From positions 3,607-67,606 of the forward strand of contig CAWDIZ010000013.1 in NCBI GenBank assembly GCA_963802475.1: a stretch of DNA of 64,000 bases. The letters run 5' to 3'. Below, piece after piece: positions 35,107-45,003 of the stretch. Positions within the stretch are counted from its first letter, which is position 1. Each line of letters begins with the position of its first letter. The notes beneath the pieces are model-generated. The model was not told the origin of the DNA, made no database searches, and saw only the letters and a list, made by a program, of their open reading frames with translations. The position numbers and the translations under genes were made by a program. The DNA is from an uncultured Alphaproteobacteria bacterium. Its GTDB lineage: Bacteria > Pseudomonadota > Alphaproteobacteria > Rhizobiales > Xanthobacteraceae.

Positions 35107-35256
35107 CGGATCTCTCGTTTGAACACATGGCGGGCCGGAGCATCGCACCGTCGATCCGCTGAAAAGGGAAAGGGCGGCGAAAATCTCGCCGCCACCGGGC
35201 CCGCTTATAGTCAGGCCACCCGCGGGCGTCAACGGCTGCGCATCCGGGATCGGCGC

Positions 35257-37539
35257 CTAGCCGCTGACATTATAGGCTGCCAGCGCCGCCATGTTCACGA
35301 GCTGGGTATCCTTCGCTGCCAGCTGCACGATCTGGACCGGGCGGTCCAAGACCGACCAGAAGCGGCCCGATCACGGTGGCGCCTCCCAATTCCTGCACCA
35401 GCTTGGTGGAGATGGAAGCGGAATGGAAGGCCGGCATGATCAGCACATTGGCCGGGACCGCTGAGCCGGCAGAACGGATAGGCCGCGGCCAATTCGGGAT
35501 TTAGCGCGATGTCGGCGGCCATTTCGCCGTCGTATTCGAAATCCACCCGTTTCTGGTCGAGGATGCGGACCGCGCGCTGCACCCGCGCCGAGCGCTCGCC
35601 CGGGCGGATGGCCGAAGGTGGAGAAGGCGAGCAGCGCCACGCGCGGCTCATAGCCGAGCCGACGGGCGACACCCGCCGCTTCGATTGCGATCTCCGCCAG
35701 TTCCTCCGCTTCCGGCATCTCGGTGACTGCGGTGTCGGCGACGACGACTGTGCGGCCGCGGGCCAGCACGAGCGACACGCCCATCACCCGGTGTCCGGGC
35801 TTGGGATCGATGACGCGCCGCACATCCTCCAAGCGCCACGGAAAAATTGCGAGTGACGCCGGTGACCATCGCGTCGGCGTCGCCGAGCGCGACCATGCAA
35901 GCGGCGAAATGATTGCGGTCGGTATTCACCAGCCGCTGGCAATCGCGGATCAGATAACCTTTGCGCTGCAGTCTCTCATAAAGATAGGCGGCATAGATCG
36001 CGTTGCGCTTGGAGAGCGCGGCATTGAAGATTTCGATGCCGCCGCCGAGCTCGACACCGAGCTCCTCGGCGGTAGCGCGGACGCGATCCTCGCGCCCGAC
36101 CAGTTGCGCGGTGCCGAGCCCCTGCTGCACGAAACTCGCCGCCGCGCGGATGACCTGCTCCTCTTCGCCTTCGGCGAAAACCACGCGCTTGGGCTGGCGG
36201 CGCAGCCGGGAGAAGACCTGCTGCAGCACGCCGGCGACCGGATCGCGCGCGGCTCAACAGCTGCTGGCGATAGGCGCCCATGTCCTCGATCGGCCGCCGG
36301 GCCACTCCGGAATCCATCGCCGCTTGCGCAACAGCAGCGGGAATCGGCGGAAATCAGCCGCGGATCGAATGGCACTGGGATGATGTAGTCGGGACCGTAT
36401 TTCGGACGCACGCCATAGGCGGTGGCGACCTCGTCCGGCACGTCCTCGCGCGCGAGTTCGGCCAGCGCGCGGGCCGCTGCGATCTTCATCTCCATGCTGA
36501 TCGAGGTCGCGCGCACGTCGAGCGCGCCGCGAAAGATGTAAGGGAAACCGAGCACGTTGTTGATCTGGTTCGGATAGTCCGAGCGCCCGGTGGCCATGAT
36601 GGCGTCGTCGCGCACCTCCGCCACCTCCTCCGCGGTGATTTCCGGGTCGGGATTGGCCATGGCGAAAATGATCGGCTTTTCGGCCATGGATTTTACCATG
36701 GCCTTGGTCACCGCGCCTTTTACCGAGAGCCCGACAAACACATCGGCGCCCTTGATCGCCTGTTCGAGCGTACGCGCGGACGTCTTGGCCGCATGCGCCG
36801 ACTTCCATTGGTTCATGCCCTCGGTACGGCCCTGATAGATCACGCCCTTGGTGTCGCAGAGGATCAGGTTATCGGGCGGAAAGCCCATGGCCTTGAGCAG
36901 GTCGAGGCAGGCAATCGCGGCGGCACCGGCGCCGTTACAGACAAGCTTGGCGTTCTTGATGTCGCGGCCGGTGAGATCGAGCGCATTGATCAACCCGGCC
37001 GCGGTGATGATCGCGGTGCCGTGCTGGTCGTCATGGAAGACCGGGATGTCGAGCATCTCGCGCAGCCGCTGCTCGATCACGAAACATTCCGGCGCCTTGA
37101 TGTCCTCCAGGTTGATGCCGCCCCAGCCTTTGCCGAGGAATTTCACGCAATTGACGAACTCGTCCGGGTCTTCGGTCGAAACTTCAAGGTCGATGGAATC
37201 GATGTCGGCGAAGCGCTTGAACAGAACCGCCTTGCCTTCCATCACCGGCTTGGCGGCGAGTGCCCCGAGATTACCGAGGCCGAGGATGGCAGTGCCATTG
37301 GTGATGACCGCGACGAAATTTCCCTTGGCGGTGTAGTCGTAGGCGAGGTTGGCGTCTTTTGCGATCGCCAGCACCGGGATGGCCACGCCGGGCGAATAGG
37401 CCAGCGACAGATCGCGCTGGGTTGCCATCGGCTTGGTGGCGACGACCTCCAGCTTGCCGGGCTTGCCCCTGGAATGAAAATCCAGCGCTTCCTGGTCGGT
37501 GAAGATCGGTCGCGTGCGCGGGGCGGCTTTCTTGGACAT
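35257..37539 (-). pseudogene. maeB: NADP-dependent malic enzyme (malic enzyme plus PTA-like domain); about six +1 frame breaks in the C-terminal half as read
   Basis: The N-terminal malic-enzyme domain is intact in ORF 35950..37608 from [37 protein letters not shown]. The PTA-like domain is scattered over 35976..36317, 35648..36229, 35440..35832 and 35295..35672 plus two short pieces, ending ..LVNMAALAAYNVSG* at 35257. Frames step 1>0>2>1>0>2>1. Confidence 0.9.
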
Positions 37540-37700
37540 TGATACTCCTGACGGTTTCTCTGCCCGACGGACGCCGACTTTATAAAGGAGGCCCCTGCGG
37601 CTGCTCAAGGCAAGCGGGACGGATTATCAGTTGAAGAGGCGCCCGGCTGAGAGTAATTCCTGACTGGAAATCCGCCACAAACAGGAAACATCCTCGCGCC

Positions 37701-38015
37701 ATGATCCGCTCTTTATTCCGCTTATTGGGTTTGGTGCTGCTTGCCGCCGGCTTTGTCTTCTTCATCTATGACGGCACCAAGTCGATAGCGGATCAGACCT
37801 TCTACATCAGCAAATTCAGCCAAACCTGGGCGGAGGTCCATCAGCAAAGCCTGCAGGCGGTGCAAGGCGCGGTGGAGAAAAAAGCCGTCTGGCTTTGGCC
37901 CGTGCTGCAACCGGTTCTCGAACAGCCGACTTGGCTGGTCCTGGGTGCCTTGGGCATGATTCTGATCCTGCTGGGGCGCAGGAAGAAGCCGTTGATCGGA
38001 TACGCGCGCAATTAA
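37701..38015 (+). CDS. small two-TM membrane protein, function unknown
   Basis: 104-aa ORF with hydrophobic segments LLGLVLLAAGFVFFIY and WLVLGALGMILILLG and a basic C-terminus. Confidence 0.55.
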   Translation: MIRSLFRLLGLVLLAAGFVFFIYDGTKSIADQTFYISKFSQTWAEVHQQSLQAVQGAVEKKAVWLWPVLQPVLEQPTWLVLGALGMILILLGRRKKPLIGYARN

Positions 38016-38123
38016 GGGCCGCCTCCTGTAACCTCTGACCGGACGCTGCGAATAACCCGCAGAAGCCTTATATTGACCCGCAGGTGGCGCGATTGTCTTG
38101 CACACGCACGAGGAGGACGTCCG

Positions 38124-38777
38124 ATGTTCCTGTTCAAAAAGACCGCCATGCCGGCTGCCGGCGAAGCCTTGCCCGGCCGCTCTACTCCCATCGCCACCGC
38201 GAGCCATCATCACGTCAACGGCCGCGCACTGAAAGGCCCTTATCCGGAAGGGCTGGAGACGGCGATCTTCGGGCTGGGATGCTTCTGGGGCGCTGAGCGC
38301 AAATTTTGGCAGCTGGGCGATGGTGTCCACGTCACCGCGGTCGGTTACGCCGGCGGCCAGACGCCCAACCCGACGTATGAAGAAGTTTGCAGTGGTCGCA
38401 CCGGACATAACGAGGTGGTGCTGGTGGTCTATGACCCGAAGAAAATCTCTTACGAGAGACTGCTGAAGACGTTTTGGGAAAGCCACGATCCCACTCAGGG
38501 CATGCGGCAGGGCAATGACGTCGGCACGCAATATCGCTCCGGCATCTACACCACGACGCCCGCGCAACGCACCGCTGCCGAGGCGTCGAAGGAGACCTAC
38601 AATAAGGCGCTACGGACCAAGGGCTATGCCGGCATCACGACCGAGATCGTCGATGCGCTGGAATTCTATTTTGCCGAGGATTACCACCAGCAATATCTCG
38701 CCAAAAATCCCGGCGGCTATTGCGGGCTCGGCGGCACCGGCGTCGCTTGCCAGATCGGCACGGGTGTGGCGGCCTGA
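38124..38777 (+). CDS. msrA: peptide-methionine (S)-S-oxide reductase
   Basis: Within ORF 38073..38777, start at MFLFKK. Contains the catalytic GCFWGAE motif, [26 protein letters not shown] and AEDYHQQYL. Confidence 0.93.
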   Translation: MFLFKKTAMPAAGEALPGRSTPIATASHHHVNGRALKGPYPEGLETAIFGLGCFWGAERKFWQLGDGVHVTAVGYAGGQTPNPTYEEVCSGRTGHNEVVLVVYDPKKISYERLLKTFWESHDPTQGMRQGNDVGTQYRSGIYTTTPAQRTAAEASKETYNKALRTKGYAGITTEIVDALEFYFAEDYHQQYLAKNPGGYCGLGGTGVACQIGTGVAA

Positions 38778-38780
38778 CCT

Positions 38781-38927
38781 CGCGCATGATCCCGAAAAGT
38801 GGGACCGGTTTTCGGATCAGATCATGCGCTGTTTTTACGTAGGCGCGCGGCGCAGATAAGTGTACGCAATCTGCGCAAGCTTGATTGCTTTTCCGCAAAA
38901 CCGGTATCCACTTTTGCTGATCGCGCG
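38781..38927. repeat. composite double-hairpin intergenic repeat, copy 2 of 3 (inverted, longer spacer)
   Basis: GCGCATGATCCCGAAAAGTGGGACCGGTTTTCGGATCAGATCATGCGC..spacer..GCAAAACCGGTATCCACTTTTGCTGATCGCGCG. The arms match copies at 22957 and 59375. Confidence 0.8.
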
Positions 38928-39000
38928 TCCCGGTCAGCATTTGTTAATCATGTAAGGCCTTAATCGGGCTTGATTCTTTGGGTCCCGGGATTCGCCTTTC

Positions 39001-39742
39001 ATGCGGATGCGTCGTCTTTCCGTTCTGCTTGTGGCGCTCCTGGCGCTGGCGCTCGGCGGCTGTTTCCAGCGCGCCCCGCAGGCCGTGTCCTATCAGCAAT
39101 ACCGCCAGGCTCCGGCCGTGCAGGCGACACCGCTCCCCGCCCCCTCGATCGCCGCCGCGCCCGAGCCGGTGGTCTACGCCACGCCGGCCGATCAAGTGGC
39201 AGCGTCCCGCGGCCTCCTTGCCAGTGCCTGCAGCGCGCCGGGCTGTGGCGCGGCTTCCTTTGCCGTCTATCCGCGAACCGGCTTCGAGCAGCCTTACCTG
39301 CTCGATGCCGGGGATCGCCTGCGCATCACCGTCTTCGGCAGGACGGCCTGACCAATTCCTATTCCGTGGATGCGGCCGGCAATATCACCATGCCGCTCGT
39401 GGGCAGCATCCGCGCCCGCGGGCTCACCACCGCGCAGCTCTCGCGCGCGGTCTCCGAGCGGCTGAAACAGGGCTATATCCGCGAGCCCAAGGTGGCGATC
39501 GAGGTGGAGGCCTATCGGCCTTTCTTCATCCTTGGCGAGGTCGCCACGCCAGGCCAATATGCCTATGCCAACATGACCGCGGAGACTGCCATCGCGATTG
39601 CGGGGGGTTTTGCCCGCGCGCCGATCGCAGCAAGGTGACGGTCTCGCGCACCATCGGCGGGCAGACCATCCGCGCCAATGTGCCGCTCACCTATCCGCTG
39701 CGCCCAGGCGATACCCTGCGCGTCGGCGAAAGATGGTTTTGA
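39001..39742 (+). pseudogene. polysaccharide export outer-membrane lipoprotein (Wza/ExoF/GumB-like); two -1 frame breaks as read
   Basis: Lipobox signal MRMRRLSVLLVALLALALGGC and YLLDAGDRLRITVFG are in ORF 39001..39351. DGLTNSYSVDAAGNITMPLVGSIRARGLTTAQLSRAVSERLKQGYIREPKVAIEVEAYRPFFILGEV is in 38970..39638. The tail VTVSRTIGGQTIRANV..LRPGDTLRV is in 38978..39742. No other polysaccharide genes are adjacent. Confidence 0.75.
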
Positions 39743-39852
39743 GGCTTCGATCCTTCCGACGCGGCTCCCCAATAACGCCAGCGCATTGTAGGCTCGGCAG
39801 AAGCTGCAGAACCGGGACCGCGATAACCGCGGCCGGTTTCGGAGGGGCCGCA

Positions 39853-40563
39853 ATGGATCTGACTCCCTATCTCACCTGGGATTATGCGATACATTTTTTC
39901 CAGTGGGACAACCTTCTCACCTTCGTGACGATCGCAAATTTCCTCGGCCTGATCGGGGGGATCTTTTACGTCGCATCGGTTTCGATGAAGACCATCATCC
40001 CGCTGCGCATCGCTGCCATCGCCTCGACGATTTTCTTCCTCGGCTATGGAATTCTTGCACCGGCTGTGCCGACGATCTTCCTCTATGGCATGTTGCTGCC
40101 GCTTAATACCTATCGCCTTTATCAGATCCGCGAATTGATCAAGAAGGTGCGCGTGGCGGCCGGTGGCGACCTGTCAATGGATTGGCTCGAGCCCTTCACC
40201 AAACGCCGCTCGTTTCGCAAAGGCAAGGTGCTGTTCAACAGGGGCGATCCGGCTGACGAGATGTTCCTGATCGCGAAAGGCAAATACCTGGTGAAGGAAC
40301 TCGGCATCGAACTGCTGCCGGGGCACATCATCGGCGAGATGGGATTGCTGACCCCTGACAAACGTCGCACCCAATCGGTGATCTGCACCGAGAATGGTCA
40401 TGTGCTTTCGATCACCTATGACAAGGTGCGGGAACTGTATTTCGAAAATCCGGAATTCGGCTTCCATTTCCTGCAGCTCACCAGTCAGCGGCTGCTGCAG
40501 AATGTGGCGCGGCTCGAGGCACAACTGATCGCGCGCCAGAAAGCAGGGGAAACTGTATCGTGA
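39853..40563 (+). CDS. membrane-anchored cyclic-nucleotide-binding domain protein
   Basis: Within ORF 39598..40563, start at MDLTPYL. About 3 TM segments are followed by a cNMP-binding fold (FRKGKVLFNRGDPADEMFLIAKGKYLV..GHIIGEMGLLTPDKRRTQSVIC). No HTH output domain is visible. Confidence 0.75.
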   Translation: MDLTPYLTWDYAIHFFQWDNLLTFVTIANFLGLIGGIFYVASVSMKTIIPLRIAAIASTIFFLGYGILAPAVPTIFLYGMLLPLNTYRLYQIRELIKKVRVAAGGDLSMDWLEPFTKRRSFRKGKVLFNRGDPADEMFLIAKGKYLVKELGIELLPGHIIGEMGLLTPDKRRTQSVICTENGHVLSITYDKVRELYFENPEFGFHFLQLTSQRLLQNVARLEAQLIARQKAGETVS

Positions 40564-40574
40564 AACGCTGAATT

Positions 40575-40994
40575 TCAGCGCAGCGGATTTGGCTCGCAAT
40601 CACGCAGGCAGGAAGAGCCGACCATGACCGGAGAAGGTTTCACCGCAAAGCGCTGCCGCGAAGCCCAGGTCCATTGCGGCGTGTGATCCGGCGCCTGGTA
40701 ACGCGCGGTGCTGCTCACGGCCGGCGCTTTCGTATCCGCCGCCGATACCTTTACTGTAACGGTCAGATTCGCCGATGAAGGGCCTACCTCCGTTTTCATG
40801 CCAAGGGTAGCGGGCAGCTGCTGAGCCGCCGCGACCGCGTCGCTGGACGTTCCGCCGGCGCCTAGCATTTGCACTGCCGCGAGCGCGGCCTCGTCCGCTA
40901 TCTGCTGCAGCGGAGATTGCGCCTGCGCTTGCCCGCTGAAAAGCAGGACGGCGACAATCCCAAGCCGAAGACCTCGATAGTCAAACTCAAACAT
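40575..40994 (-). CDS. secreted hypothetical protein
   Basis: 139-aa ORF with signal-like LGIVAVLLFSGQAQAQS followed by an Ala/Ser/Thr-rich body. No motif recognised with confidence. Confidence 0.45.
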   Translation of the reverse strand: MFEFDYRGLRLGIVAVLLFSGQAQAQSPLQQIADEAALAAVQMLGAGGTSSDAVAAAQQLPATLGMKTEVGPSSANLTVTVKVSAADTKAPAVSSTARYQAPDHTPQWTWASRQRFAVKPSPVMVGSSCLRDCEPNPLR

Positions 40995-41349
40995 CTGCAG
41001 CCCTGCGCAAAATCTGCGGCAAGATTAACGACGGCAACTGGGTATCGCGTTAACCCCGGCATGCCTTCCAAACAAAGATTGCATCCGCAGTGAATGAACC
41101 TTTGTATCGGCCGGCATCGACCTTCATCTTGCGGCAAGCGGGTGTTAACCAGACGCCTCCCGCCTTCAGATAACGCGCGACGGCGGTAAGGGTTCGGCCG
41201 GCAGAATATCGTTGCCCCGACTGAAATCACTTGGTTTTTTAACGTTAACCGTTGCAAAAGGTCTCGCCAGACCACGGCCGTCATGTCAGATAATGGCGGG
41301 GTGACGCCCCGAGGGAAGGCTCATTGGGTTGCGTCCGGGACCGGGCGGC

Positions 41350-43573
41350 ATGGCCATTCCGAAACTACTTCAGAGCAAGACGGCGAAGGCGGTGCTGCTG
41401 GCAACCGTCGTGCTCTCGGCGGTCACCGCATTGCGGGCTTTCGATCCCGCGCCCGTTGCACATTTGCGCGAGCGCAGCTTCGATATCTATCAACACCTGC
41501 AGCCGCGACCTTACGCGGATTTTCCGGTCCGGATCGTCGATATTGACGAGGCCTCGTTGGCGCATTACGGCCAGTGGCCATGGCCGCGCACGCTGACCGC
41601 CCAATTCGTTCAGCGCCTGAACGATCTGGGCGCCGCGGTGATCGTGGTCGACATGATCTTTCCCGAGCCCGACCGCACCTCGCCGAACCGTCTCGCCAAT
41701 GCGCTCGGTATCGCCGATGCGGCGGAAGTGGAGCGAGTTAAGAGCTTCATGGCGCAGTTGCCGGATCACGATCAACTGCTTGCCGAGACCATCAAGCAGG
41801 CACCCGTCGTCCTCGGCTTCAGCATCGGCAAGGTTGCAAACAACCATCGCCCGCCGATCAAGACCGGCATCGCGATCGCTGGGGCTAACCCGACGGCGGT
41901 CGTTCAGCACTTCAGCGGAACGGTATCGAGCCTGGACATTCTTGATGCCGCCGCGAGCGGAATAGGTTCAATGAATGTCAGCGGGCAAGACAAATCCGGC
42001 ATCATACGCCGGGTGCCTCTCCTGTTTACTGACGGCAGCAAGGTCTTTCCGAATCTCGGCGTGGAAGCGCTACGGGTCGCTCAACAGCAAAAGAGCATCG
42101 TAATGCGGGGCACCCGCGCCAGCGGCGAGATGGACACCGGCTTGTCTGCACTGGTCGACATGCGTATCGGTCAATTCCGCGTCCCGTTAACCGGCACCGG
42201 CGAAATGTGGGTCTATTTCGATCATGACCGGCCGGAACGCTACGTTTCGATGAAAGACCTGCTGGATCCCGGCAAGGAAAACCAGATCAAGCCGAAGATC
42301 GACGGCCAGATCGTGCTGGTTGGCACTTCGGCGGCCGGCTTGCTCGACATCTGGCCGACGCCGCTGGGAGAACTTGTTCCCGGAACGTCAATACACGCCC
42401 AGACCATCGAGCAGATCGTCGGCCAGACCTTCCTGGAGCGCCCTGATTGGAGCACGGGGGTTGAAATCGTCGCCACCGTGGTGCTTGGAGCACTGCTGAC
42501 CACGCTGTTGCTCGGGCTCGGAGCGCAATACGCGGCGCTGGCGGGCGCACTCATCGTCGCTGTGGGCTTGGCGCTATCGTGGTTCGCCTTCTCGAAAGCC
42601 GGCTTCCTGCTCGACCCGGTCTATCCGTCGATCGGCGCCGGCGCCACCTATCTCGCCGTGGTCGGTTTTCTGTACGTTACGACCGACCGCGAGAAGAAAT
42701 TCGTACAGACGAGCCTTCGGGCAATATCTCGCACCAGCCCTGCTGGCAAAGCTGGAACATGCGCCGTCACTTGATGCGGCTTGGCGGCGAGTCCAAGCCG
42801 CTCACGATCCTGTTCATGGACGTGAGGGATTTCACCCCGATCTCGGAGGGACTTACTCCCGTCGAGTTGGTGGAATTTATGAATCATCTGCTTTCGCCGT
42901 TGAGCGAGGCCATTCAGTCAGAGATGGGCACGATCGACAAATACATCGGCGATTCCATCATGGCTTTTTGGAATGCGCCGGTTGACATTCCAGACCACCA
43001 GGTACGCGCCTGCCGTGCTGTGCTGAAGATGCGCGCCGCTCTGGCCGATCTGAACGCGCGCGATGCGTTTGGCTTCAGCAAGCGAGAGCTCGAGCCGGTG
43101 AAGATCGGCATGGGCCTGCATACCGGCGAAGCCTGCGTCGGCAACATGGGATCGGAGCGGCGCTTCAACTACACCGCCATGGGCGACGTGGTGAACACAA
43201 GCGCGCGCATCGAGTTCGAGCTGCAAGGAGGCCGGTAGCGACATCGTGGTGTCGGAAGACATCGTGCTCGCCGTGCCCCGCTTCGCCTTCCTCGAGGCCG
43301 GGTTCCTGCCGCTGAAGGGCAAGGCGCAAGCCGGTCAAATTGTTCGCCATGGTGGGCGATGAAGCTAAGGCGAACAGCCCCGAATTCATTGAGCTGTCGC
43401 GACGCCACGTCGAACTGGTACAGGCGATCGCCGAGCGCAGAGTCGCCGATGCCAACAAGGCGCTGGCGCATTGCCGGGCGCTGGGTGGCGCGACGTTGAG
43501 CAATTTCTACAGTCGGTTTGAGGAACAGATCGCGGATCTCTCCCCCGCCGCGCGACTGGCGCAAGTGATTTAG
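41350..43573 (+). pseudogene. CHASE2-sensor adenylate/guanylate cyclase; three frame breaks as read
   Basis: The CHASE2 and TM part is in ORF 41329..42774 (VRIVDIDEASLAHYGQWPWPR..VVDMIFPEPD..IVLVGTSAAGLLDIWPTP). The class III cyclase domain is in 42579..43238 (LTILFMDVRDFTPISE..IDKYIGDSIMAFWNAP..IGMGLHTGEACVGNMGSERRFNYTAMGDVVNTSARIE). The C-terminus is in a short third frame and in 43340..43573. Confidence 0.85.
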
Positions 43574-43617
43574 TCGTACACAGCCGCTAAGCCCCCCAAT
43601 TATTCCCCGGAGATCGC

Positions 43618-44451
43618 ATGTCATCCCAGCAGCTCACGGTACGGTTCTGGGGCGTGCGCGGCACCTTGGCCACCCCAGGCCCAGCCACCATTCGCTACGG
43701 CGGCAACACCTCATGCGTGGAGGTGGAATGCGGTCGGCGCAACGTGATCTTCGACGCCGGCACCGGCATCAAGAAGCTCGGCGACCACCTGTCCGCCCGG
43801 GGCGGCGCGGTCGACGCCGACATCATGTTCAGCCATGTCCACATGGACCACATCATTGGCATTCCGTTTTTCGCGCCGTTTTACGGCGCGCAACACCGGA
43901 TCCGGCTATGGGCCGGCAATCTTCTGCCCAAAGGACGGCTGGAGGTGGCGGTCCGCGCCATGATGAGCACACCGCTGTTCCCCATCCAGGTCGACGCCTT
44001 CAAGGCGGAGCTTCAATTCCGCGATTTCGCCGCCGGCGACTTACTCGACCTGGGCGATGGCATCAAGGCGCATACCGGCATGTTGAACCATCCCGGCGGC
44101 GCGGTGGGTTACCGCCTGGAATGCGCGGGAAGGTCGGTCGCGTATATCACCGATACCGAGCACCGGTCGCATGAGCTCGATCCGACGGTGCTGTCGCTGG
44201 TGCGCAACGCAGACCTGATGATCTACGACTGCACCTACACGGACGAGGAATTCCCCGCCTACGTCGGCTGGGGACATTCAACCTGGCAGCAGGCAGTACG
44301 GTTGGCCAAGGCGGGCGGCGTCAACAGGCTGGCCATTTTTCATCACGATCCCGACCACGATGACGCTTTCATGCAAAAGGTGGAAGTCGCAGCGTCGAAG
44401 GCGTATCCCGGCGCCTTTGTGGCGCGCGAAGGCTTGGTGCTGCAGCTGTAA
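43618..44451 (+). CDS. MBL-fold metallo-hydrolase, possible cyclic-nucleotide phosphodiesterase
   Basis: Intact 277-aa ORF containing the HxHxDH motif in SHVHMDHIIGIPFFAP. It starts 45 nt after the cyclase gene. Confidence 0.7.
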   Translation: MSSQQLTVRFWGVRGTLATPGPATIRYGGNTSCVEVECGRRNVIFDAGTGIKKLGDHLSARGGAVDADIMFSHVHMDHIIGIPFFAPFYGAQHRIRLWAGNLLPKGRLEVAVRAMMSTPLFPIQVDAFKAELQFRDFAAGDLLDLGDGIKAHTGMLNHPGGAVGYRLECAGRSVAYITDTEHRSHELDPTVLSLVRNADLMIYDCTYTDEEFPAYVGWGHSTWQQAVRLAKAGGVNRLAIFHHDPDHDDAFMQKVEVAASKAYPGAFVAREGLVLQL

Positions 44452-44481
44452 AAAAGCCCCGGTCCTGGGGACCGGGGCTTG
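44451..44481. terminator. bidirectional terminator hairpin between convergent genes
   Basis: AAAAA-AGCCCCGGTCC-tgg-GGACCGGGGCT-T. The U-run is on the minus-strand side, serving the small gene 44498..44704. Confidence 0.7.
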
Positions 44482-44497
44482 ATGAGTGGCTTTGCCG

Positions 44498-44704
44498 TTA
44501 GCGCGCCGGCTTCGCCGGAGTCGAGCCAGTCGTCGCGGGAGCGCTCGGGGCATTGATGGTCACCTTGTCGCCGCCACCGTCCCAATCCCCGGCAAAGAAG
44601 AAGATCAGGCCGCCGACCAGCAGCACGCCCAGAATCATACCCAGGATGGCGCCCATGCCGCTGCCGCCACCATCGCTGGTATGGATAATTTCACGATCAG
44701 CCAT
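44498..44704 (-). CDS. small membrane protein (68 aa), likely general-stress-response regulated
   Basis: Within ORF 44498..44923, start at MADREIIHTSDGGGSGMGAILGMILGVLLVGGLIFFFAG, preceded by AAAAGGAGGAAACA. An EcfG-type promoter lies 38 nt upstream. Confidence 0.7.
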   Translation of the reverse strand: MADREIIHTSDGGGSGMGAILGMILGVLLVGGLIFFFAGDWDGGGDKVTINAPSAPATTGSTPAKPAR

Positions 44705-44741
44705 TGTTTCCTCCTTTTGGCCGCTAACTGTCCGGATGTAG

Positions 44742-44767
44742 AACGGCTTTCTGCCGGGTGCTGTTCC
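44742..44767 (-). promoter_or_regulatory. EcfG-type (general stress response ECF sigma) promoter GGAAC-N17-CGTT
   Basis: Minus strand reads GGAAC agcacccggcagaaagc CGTT. The -10 element ends 37 nt upstream of the ATG at 44704. Confidence 0.6.
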
Positions 44768-44840
44768 GCGGAAATATCGGCCGCCCGGTGGAACCTTCTG
44801 ATTGGGCCCGCCCCAGCCTGGCGAGAACTTGCCTTTCGGA

Positions 44841-44939
44841 CCGGTTGAGAAGCCGATTGTTTCGCCGCGCGCCCTGCCACGAAACATTTCGCCGCCGGGA
44901 CGAAACCCGAATCCCCGCATCACGAAAAATCCTGGAAAC
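44841..44939 (+). repeat. conserved ~95-nt noncoding element, copy 1 (GTTTCG/CGAAAC hairpins, ends in GGAAAC)
   Basis: CGGTTGAGAAGCCGATTGTTTCGCCGCGCGCCCTGCCACGAAACATTTCGCCGCCGGGACGAAACCCGAATCCCCGCATCACGAAAAATCCTGGAAAC. About 75-80% identical to the reverse complement of 51751-51846, with 18-nt and 15-nt identical cores. Confidence 0.8.
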
Positions 44940-45003
44940 CCCAGCAGGACTAATCTTGCCTGCAGAATAAATCCTCTGCGCGCGTAATCAGGGCGGATTG
45001 AAC

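Noticed and set aside
44875-44882. Sigma-54 promoter reading of the TGGCA(C) motif inside the conserved element and upstream of gyrB (29299-29310)
   Set aside because: There is no TTGC(A/T) -12 element at the required 5-nt spacing after TGGCAC in any of the three occurrences.
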